A program made the translations under genes and the position numbers. DNA of 64,000 bases, from contig CM075988.1 in assembly GCA_038087875.1 (NCBI GenBank), positions 22,260,001 to 22,324,000 on the forward strand, given 5' to 3'. Under the pieces are notes generated by a model. The model did no database searches, had not been told where the DNA came from, and saw only the letters and a list, made by a program, of their open reading frames with translations. This document shows, piece by piece, positions 51,653-61,400 of this stretch. Position 1 is the stretch's first letter. Each line of letters begins with the position of its first letter. Source of the stretch: Malacoraja senta. Taxonomy: Eukaryota.

Positions 51653-52417
51653 ACAGACACACACACAGACACAGAGCTGGAGACCCTCCATGGGTCAGGC
51701 AACAGCGGAAGGGAGGGGGGGGGAAAGAGTGAGGGAGAGAGAGTGGGGGAGAGGGGAGGGGAGGGAGAAAGGGAGGGGGGAGAGAGTGGGAAGGAGAGTG
51801 AGGTAGAGAGTGGGATGGGAAGAGGGGAGGGAGTGATCGGGAGGGAGGGAGAGAGGGGGGAGATCAACCTCAGCCTTAAAAATACCCATTGACCCAACTA
51901 TAAATATGTGGATTTCAAATATGTTTGAAACATTACACCTTGAAGAGATAAGACTCCTCCTAGCAGGTAAACCAGATCACTTCCACCTGACGTGGTCTGC
52001 ATTTATAGAATTATTACAAACATAGGGTGCAAAAGTACTTTAAAAAAAAATAAAAAAATTGAGGTCGTGTAAGGGGGATGATAGTTGAAGAGTTGGTATG
52101 TCCTATTTACGTGATGCTCAAAAAAAAAACATTTGTTTCTCTTTTTTTCTCTTTCTCTTTTCTTTTCTTAGGGCCTATTTCTTAACTCTCTTTCTTTTTG
52201 TTTTTAATTTCGCTCTCATAGGGTCCTCGTCCTTTTTTGTTGTTACATTTTCTACACTTTTCTACACTTGCACTTTATCCTTCACTTTCTTCCCTCTTTC
52301 AATCTTTTCTTTCTCTAGTGTAAAAAAATAAATAAAGGGAGTACATTAATTGTAAGAAGATATAAATGACGAGTATTAATGTATGTGGTTGTAATGTAAT
52401 GTACTTCTAATAAATAA

Positions 52418-52449
<32 letters not shown>

Positions 52450-55400
52450 TACCCATTGACATTTGTCCTCCACAGCCGTCTGTGGCAATGAATTCCACCG
52501 CTTCACTCCAGTTTGTGCTCACAGGTGCAGGTGCTGGAATGCAGGCGGGACAAAGGCACGGCGTTCCTGGAGCAGGCGGCCAAGGAGGGGGAGGTCAAGG
52601 TGTCTGGACTGAGGCAGAGCCTAGTGAGGTGAGCAGGGCAGGCAGGCGCTGCTCCAGCCTGAGATAATGGATGGGATTTATACAGCGCCTTTCTAATACT
52701 CAAGGCGCTTTACATCGCATTATTCATTCACTCCTCAGTCACACTCGGTGGTGGTGAGCTACTTCTGTAGCCACAGCTGCCCTGGGGCAGACTGACGGAA
52801 GCGTGGCTGCTAATCTGCGCCTACAGCCCCTCCGACCACCACCAATCACTCACACACATTCACACACATTCACACGCAGGCAAAGGTGGGTGAAGTGTCT
52901 TGCCCAAGGACACAACGACAGTATGCACTCCAAGCGGGATTCGAACCGGCTACCTTCCGGTTGCCAGCCCAACACTTAGCCCATTGCGCCATCTGTCGTC
53001 CTGGGCTTCCTGGGAGATGACACCTTGGGCTTTATACATATGCAGCGCAGGATCCTTGTGCGAAAACCTTTGCCGATCCCTTTCATGAGACCCATTTTAA
53101 TCTATCCAAGAGCAAAAGATACCGTTTATTGAAGTCTTTGAATTTAGACTTTTAGAGATACGTAGCAGAAACCGACCCTTCAGCCCACCGAGTCCGCGCC
53201 GACCAGCGATCCCCACACACTAGCACTATCCCACAACACACCAGGGACCATTTACAATTTTTACTGAAGCCAATTAACCTACAAACCTGTACGTCCTTGG
53301 AGTGTGGGAGAAAACCGGAGCAATCGGAGAAATCCCACGTGGTCACGGGGAGAACGTACAAACTCCGTACGTGTAGTCAGGATCAAACCCGGGTCTCTGG
53401 CGCTGTGACAGCATCTGCCTTAAATGTGTGTTTTTGTGTGTCTGTGTCCGTGTATATGTGCGTGTGTGTACAGTATGTGTGTGAGCGTGTATGTGTGTGT
53501 GCATGTGCAAGTTTGTGGTGTGTGTGTGCACGTGCGTGTCTGTGCATATGCTGGTTTGTGGTGTGTGTGCGCGTGTCTGTGTCCGTGTATGTGTGTGTGT
53601 GTATAGTGTGTGTGCGCGTGTATATGTGTGTGCTTGTGTCCGTGTGTGTGTGAGCGTGTATGTGTGTGTACATATGCTGGTTTCTGGTGTGTGTGCGTGT
53701 GTCTGTGTACTTGTATATGTGCGTGTGTGTACAGTGTGTGTGCGCGTGTATATGTGTGCGTGTGCGTGTTCTTTAGTACGGGCCCCACTGTGGTGAAGGT
53801 GAGGGAGTGAGTTACCACAGACCAGTGTGTTTGCCTTTCCCACAGCGGGCCTGCGCCACAGATAGATGTGAAAGCTGCCGTGCTGGCGTATGAAATGGTG
53901 ATCGCCGACATCCGCTCAAAAATACACCAAACTGTGGTGAGCGTTTCACTAACATTGCTTCACTTCTTAAATCATTGCCTTTTGTAGCTGTCTCCTTCCA
54001 AATACTTGCTTGATTTCTGTTTAATTCTTCTGGTTCTATCAGCTTGGGGAAATGGAATTAAATTCTTATTTGAAATAATGCGTATTTTCGCTGCTCAATG
54101 GACATCAAAGATCCTATAGCGGAGCAAGATAGACCACCCCTGCTAAATGCAATGGGCTGACGTGTAGTACGCAACGGAACGGAACGTGGGCCCTTTTTTC
54201 ATCCATTTCCGTAACCGGACCTGACCCGCAGTGTAATCAACGTTGCGGGGGAACAGTTTGTGTGAATAAATTATAATTCTGAAAATGAGGAGAAGATTTT
54301 TACCAAATAACTTTTATTTTTACGAGGATGTTTCCGTAACCGGCTTCCGTCTCCGCACTAGTTATCTTTGCTCCGCTGTGGTGGGATCTTTGGTGCGGAG
54401 ACGGAAGCCGGTTACGGAAATGGGGCTGAAAATGACCCATGAATCTGCCCATGACCGTACTACGTCTTTTTTGTCGAGTGGACCATCTTGCTCGCTATAG
54501 GATCTTTGATGGACATCGCGTCAAGCGCAGAATTTGTGGGCTTTATGGTTTAGGGTTTATTATTGTCACGTGTACCAAAGTAATTAACTTTATTGTCACG
54601 TGTACCGAGGTACAGTGAAAAGCTTTGGTTTACTTTCAAATCAAATCAGGTAATACTCTCCATTAATACAGTCAAGTCAAGCACCGGTACAAAGGGTAGA
54701 GTGAAGGGAAAGATATCACAGTGAAGGTTATAGTATCTCAGCCTGGTAATATTTTCTCAGCTAGAAATAACGATTTAATCGATAATGTTTCATTATTAGT
54801 AAGTAAGTAAGTAAATTTTATTTATATAGCACGTTTAAATCAACTCGCGTTGAAAATAAAGTGCTTTACATAAAAGAAATAATTAAGTTTCCGCACACCC
54901 ATAGAAAAATTTATAAAAATTAAAATGACACAAAACATTATAGAATTCAACATGAACGTCCCCCCACAACAGAATCAACATTTTCCACGGTGGGGAAAGG
55001 CAACAAAAAGTCAAGTCCTTGTCCTCTGTGATCACCCGAGATCGGGGCCTATTTGAGGCCTCCGCAGCCAGTCCGATGTTTTCAGGCCTTCTTGCCGGGA
55101 AGATGGAACTCCGGCGTCGGGCGAACACTCCATTAATGTTTAATGTTTTATGAGTCATTCCTAACTGTCACTGTATGTCATGTTGTCATTTGTGGGCGGA
55201 GCACCAAGGCAAATTCCTTGTATGTGAATATACTTGGCCAATAAACTTATTAATTAATTCACTCCAAAAAAAAAGATGCAAAGTGCTGGAGTAACTCAGC
55301 GGGTCAGGCAGCATCTCTGGAGAACATGGATAGATGGTGTTTCGGGTCAAGACACTCCTTCAGTCATTTCAGAAGTTATAGGAGCAGAATTAGACCTTTG

Positions 55401-58400
55401 ATATTCTGACTTTTCCTAATCTTTTGTCAATTAAACTCTCATTCCAAACTTCTCCCATTCTGTCAATCCAGAATCCAGCATCTGACACGTAATCTAATCC
55501 TTTATATTTTTAGGCAGAGATCTGTAAAGATCGCCTGCCAACTAAAGTCTTTAAGCTAGCAATCATTTGTGTCGGGCAGCATCTCTGGAGGAAAGGAATA
55601 GCTGATGTTTCCTGTCGAGACCCTTCTTCAGACTGAGTTACTCCAGCATTTTGTGTCTACCTTTGGTGTAAACCAGCATCTGCAGTTCCTTCTTACACAT
55701 CATTCTTGCCAACTCTGTGTCTGCAAGGATCATGTCGCCCCAGTGCTGGGACCTCATGGTTCTTGAAACTTAGCGATTTCCTGAGTGGAGCTCAAAGTGC
55801 TGGAGTAACTCAGCGGGACAGGTAGCATCCGTGGAGGCAACGGCCGGGCAATGTTTCAGATCTGGACCCTTCTTCACACTGACCACCGGTTTCTTTCCTG
55901 CTCTCTGTTTTAAAGAGTGCCTTCAATGAACAGATGGACCTGATACGGAACGGAGCAAAGCTGAGTAACATGCCGCAGGTTCCTGTCCTGCTTCCACCTT
56001 CCCAGTCAGACTTCATGGTAAGGCAGCCAGCACCAAACCTGGATGCACTTCTGTAAACGCTAAACATGCTAAATGTGTCTTCACAAGCGAGGAAACGGAT
56101 GTTTGAAATGCTAATGCTGTTTGTATTTACACACTCACACACACACGCGCAGACACACACACGCAGACACACACACGCAGACACACACACGCAGACACAC
56201 ACACGCAGACACACACACGCAGACACACACACGCAGACACACACACGCAGACACACACACGCAGACACACACACGCAGACACACACACGCAGACACACAC
56301 ACGCAGACACACACAAACAGACACACACACGCAGTCACACATACACACGCAGTCACACATACACACGCAGACACACATACACACGCAGACACACACATAC
56401 AGACACACACACGCAGACACACACACGCAGACACACATGCACACGCAGACACGCACACGCAGACACACACACACGCAGACACACACACACGCAGACACAC
56501 ACACACGCAGACACACACACACGCAGACACACACGCACACACGCACACACACGCAGACACACACGCACACACACACACACACACACAGGCACATGCACGC
56601 ACACACACACAAACACACGTGTGCGCGCGTAGGCACACACACATACATTATTATATTACCACATATATTAGACATACTATAATAAACTAAACTAAATATT
56701 GTGTGTAGTGTGTGTATATATACATATATAATATCTGTATATTATATTTACTAGACATATAAACATAATAAACTAAATTAAATATTGTTTACTGTGTATA
56801 TACATATAATATACAATATATATAATTATTGCTTATACTAGATGTACAATTGTAAACTAAATATTGTGTATAATGCGTGTGTGCTAACATTGTTTATTTG
56901 AAGTGTGTAGTTCACACAATATGTAGTTTGGTTTATGCAGCAGGCAGTGAAGAAAGCCAATGGTATGTTAGCATTCATAGCAAAAGGATTTGAGTATAAG
57001 AGCAGGGAGGTTCTACTGCAGTTGTACAGGGCCTTGGTGAGACCACACCTGGAGTATTGCGTACAGTTTTGGTCTCCAAATCTGAGGAAAGACATTCTTG
57101 CCATAGAGGGAGTACAGAGAAGGTTCACCAGACTGATTCCTGGGATGGCAGGACTTTCATATGAAGAAAGACTGGATAGACTTGGCTTGTATTCGCTAGA
57201 ATTTAGAAGATTGAGGGGGGATCTTATAGAAACTTACAAAATTACAGGCTAGATGCAGGAAGATTATTCCCGATGTTGGGGAAGTCCAGAACAAGGAGTC
57301 ACAGTTTAAGGATAAGGGAGAAATCTTTCTGGACCGAGATGAGAAAAACATTTTTCACACAGAGAGTGATGAATATGTGGAATTCTCTGCCACAGAAGGT
57401 AGTTGAGGCCAGTTCATTGGCTATATTTAAGAGGGAGTTAGATGTGGCCCTTGTGGCTAAAGGGATCAAGGGGTATGGAGAGAAGGCAGGTACAGGATAC
57501 TGAGTTGGATGATCAGCCATGAACATATTGAATGGCGGTGCAGGCTCAAAGGGCCGAATGGCCTACTCCTGCTCCTATTTTGTATGTTTCTATGTTTCTA
57601 TTGTCACGTGTACCGAGAACAGTGAAAAGCTTTTGTCGTGAGCTATCCAGTCAGCAGAGAGACAATACATGATTACAATCAAACACTCCACAGTGTACAG
57701 TTACAGGATAAAGGGAATAACATTTAGTGCAAGGTAAAGTCTGATTAAAGATAGTCCAAGGGTCTCCAATGAGGTAGATGGGAGGTCAGGACCGCTCTCT
57801 AGTTGGTGGTAGGATGGTTCAGTTGCCTGATAACAGCTGGGAAGAAACTGTCCCTGAATCTGGAGGTGTGCGTTTTCACACTTCTGTACCTCTTGCCTGA
57901 TGGGAGAGGGAAGAAGAGGGAGTGACTGGGGTGAGACTGGTCCTTGACTATGCTGCTGGCCTTGCCGAGGCAGCGTGAAGTGTAGATGGAGTCGATGGAA
58001 GGGAGGTTGGTTTGCGTGACGGTCTGGGCTGCGTCCACAACTCTCTGCAATTTCTTGTAGTCTTGGACGGAGTTGATCCCAAACCGTGCCGTGATGCTTA
58101 TCGCTAAAATGCTTTCTGCGGCGCATCTGTAGAAGTTGGTGAGAGTTGTTGGGGGACAAGCTGGACTTCCTAAGTGCCAGGTGCATTGTACCTTTGCCAG
58201 ATGAATGAGGTTTTTTTTTCTCAGGAACATCGTTAACAGCTTATTTCTTCTCCAGCTTATTTACATGTCAAAACAAAAGGAGCTTCTGGCATCCAATGGA
58301 TTCCCAGCGAATAACAACAGCCAGGGAACATCATCCGCTGTGCCGACCTTTACCCTGGGAATGGTTCCATTGAACAATCAAATTGGAATCACACAGGTAG

Positions 58401-61400
58401 GCTACGCCATGGATCGAAGCATCTTGATCTTTTATAGACAGTAGACAATAGGTGCAGGAGTAGGCCCTTGGAGCCAGCACCGCCATTCAATGTGATCATG
58501 GCTGATCATTTAAGGCAGAGATAGACAGATTCTTGATCAGTGCGGGTGTCGGGTTAAGGGAAGAAGGCAGGAGAATGGGGTTAGGAGGGAGAGATAGATC
58601 AGCCACGATTGAATGGCAGAGTAGACTTGATGGGCCGAATGACCTAATTCTGATCCTATGACTAATGAAAGGGTGTTGGCACCCTCCTGCCACAGGCTTG
58701 ACTGGGACATGTTGGAGGGTCAGTAACATGGGGTGTGCGCTTCAATTCCGCAACTGTTTACCATATATATTATTGATTTGGAAGAGGGAATTAGGAGCAA
58801 CACTACCAAGTTTGCAGATGACACAAAGCTGGGTGGCAGTGTGAACTGTGAAGAGGATGTTAGGAGGTTGCAGGGTGACCTGGACAGGTTGAGTGAGTGG
58901 GCAGATGCGTGGCAGATGCAGTATAATATAGATAAATGTGAGGTTATCCACTTTGGCGGCAAAAACAAGGGGGCAGATTATTATCTCAATGGGGTTAGGT
59001 TAGGTAAGGGGGAGGTGCAGCGAGACCTGGGCGTCCTTGTACACCGGTCACTGAAAGTTGGCGTGCAGGTACAGCAGGCAGTGAAGAAAGCTAATGGAAT
59101 GTTGGCCTTCATAACAAGAGGATTTCAGTATAGGAGTAAAGAGGTTCTTCTGCAGTTGTATAGGGCTCTGGTAAGACCACATCTGGAGTATTGTGTACAG
59201 TTTTGGTCTCCTAATTTGAGGAAGGACATCCTTGTGATTGAGGCAGTGCAGCGTAGGTTCACGAGATTGATCCCTGGGATGGCGGGACTGTCATATGAGG
59301 AAAGATTGAAAAGACTAGGCTTGTATTCACTGGAGTTTAGAAGGATGAGGGGGATCTTATAGAAACATATAAAATTATAAAAGGACTGGACAAGCTCGAT
59401 GCAGGAAAAATGTTCCCAATGTTGGGCGAGTCCAGAACCAGGGGCCACAGTCTTAGAATAAAGGGGAGGTCATTTAAGACTGAGGTGAGAAAAAACTATT
59501 TCACCCAGAGAGTTGTGAATTTATGGAATTCCCTGCCACAGAGGGCAGTGGAGGCCAAATCACTGGATGGATTTAAGAGAGAGTTAGATAGAGCTCTAGG
59601 GGCTAGTGGAGTCGAGGGATATGGGGAGAAGGCAGGCACGGGTTATTGATTGGGGACGATCAGCCATGATCACAATGAATGGCGGTGCTGGCTCGAAGGG
59701 CCGAATGGCCTCCTCCTGCACCTATTTTCTATGTTTCTAATTCCATTGCCCAGACCTGCCTCTCCATTCACCACTGCTCTATGTGAACTGTTGCAGAGGT
59801 CGATGTCGCCTGGGTTGTCCCCACAGCCGTCGTCACTCGGTCCGGTAAACCCCGGTCCTGGAGGGGCCGCCAATCAAAACCACCTCGAACGCCTTCTGGA
59901 GAAACTGACTGAGTTGTTCCCACAGCACAACAGGTAACGGCCAGGAGGTCACAAGCACGCTCTTGTCACCAGGGTCACCATCACACTCTTAATAAATGAT
60001 GAAGAAGCCCGATTGTGAGAATCCGTAATCTTGAAATGACAGATTCATCTTTGTAAAACTCCGGGTTAGTTGAGGGAGGGCCAGTTCCTGCGCTGCACCC
60101 GATGTGAGACAATTCTGTGGGCCTCACATTGGCCCGGCGGTAGAGTTGCTGCCTTACAGCGAATGCAGCGCCGGAGACCCGGGTTCGATCCCGACAACGA
60201 GTGCTGTCTGTACGGAGTTTGTACGTTCTCCCCGTGACCTGCGTTGGCTTTTCTCCGAGATCTTCCGTTTCCTCCCACCCTCCAAAGACGTGCAGGTTTG
60301 TAGATTAATTGGCTTGGTGTAATTGCAAATTGTCCCTCGTGTGTGTGCGGAGGAGAGTGTGCGGAGATCGCTGGTCGGCACGGACCCGGTGGGCCGAAGG
60401 GCCTGTTTCCGTGTTGTATCTCTAAACTAAACTAAACTATGGGTGCAGAGGCCATTTGGCATTTATAATATTCAATCGGGTTTCCTCTCGACCCCCGACT
60501 CTCCAGGATGGGGAGGCCATTTAAGACTGAGGTGAGAACAAACTTTTTCACCCAGAGAGTTGTGAATTTGTGGAATTCCCTGCCACAGAGGGCAGTGGAG
60601 GCCAAGTCACTGGATGGATTTAAGAGAGAGTTGGATAGAGCTCTAGGGGCTAGTGGAATCAAGGGATATGGGGAGAAGGCAGGCACGGGTTATTGATTGG
60701 GGACGATCAGCCATGATCGCAATGAATGGCGGTGCTGGCTCGAAGGGCCAAATGGCCTCCTCCTGCATCTATTTTCTATGTTTCTATGATATAAATCCGA
60801 GTTTGTCCAACCTATCATATAGCTAATCCCCTCTAATCCAGTTAGCCTTCTGGCAAACTTCGTCTGCAATCACCAGAGCCTCCACATCCTTCCTGTGGTC
60901 TGATTAAAGTCCTATATAGCTGCAACATGCCTGCAGTTGACTTTATTTACTAGTTTAATTTAAAGATACAGTGCGGAAACAGGCCCTTCGGCCCATCAAG
61001 TCCGTGCCAACCAGCTATCCCCGCACACGACACACACTGGGGACAATTTACAATTTTACCAAGCCAATTAACCTACAAACCCGTACGTCTTTGGAGTGTG
61101 GGGGGAAGCTGAAGATCTCGGATAAAACCCACGCAGGTCACGTGGAGAACGTACAAACTCTGTACAGAGAGCACCCGTAGTCAGGAAATCGAACCCGGGT
61201 CTCTGGCGCTGTGAGGCAGCAACTCTAACGCTGTGCCACCCTAACATTTGTCCTGACTGCCTGACATTTATACTCAGTACCCTGACCTGTGAAGGCAGGC
61301 GTGTACTGTGTGCTTCAATGGCCGTTCTACCGGCTGGTGTTGCTTCTGTTGGTGTTGGAGTTTGCTGGGTTGAACACACACACACGAGTTGTCAGACTGC

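Noticed and set aside
50989..56690. Long His/Thr- or Cys/Val-rich ORFs
   Set aside because: Translations of (CA)n/(TG)n microsatellites.
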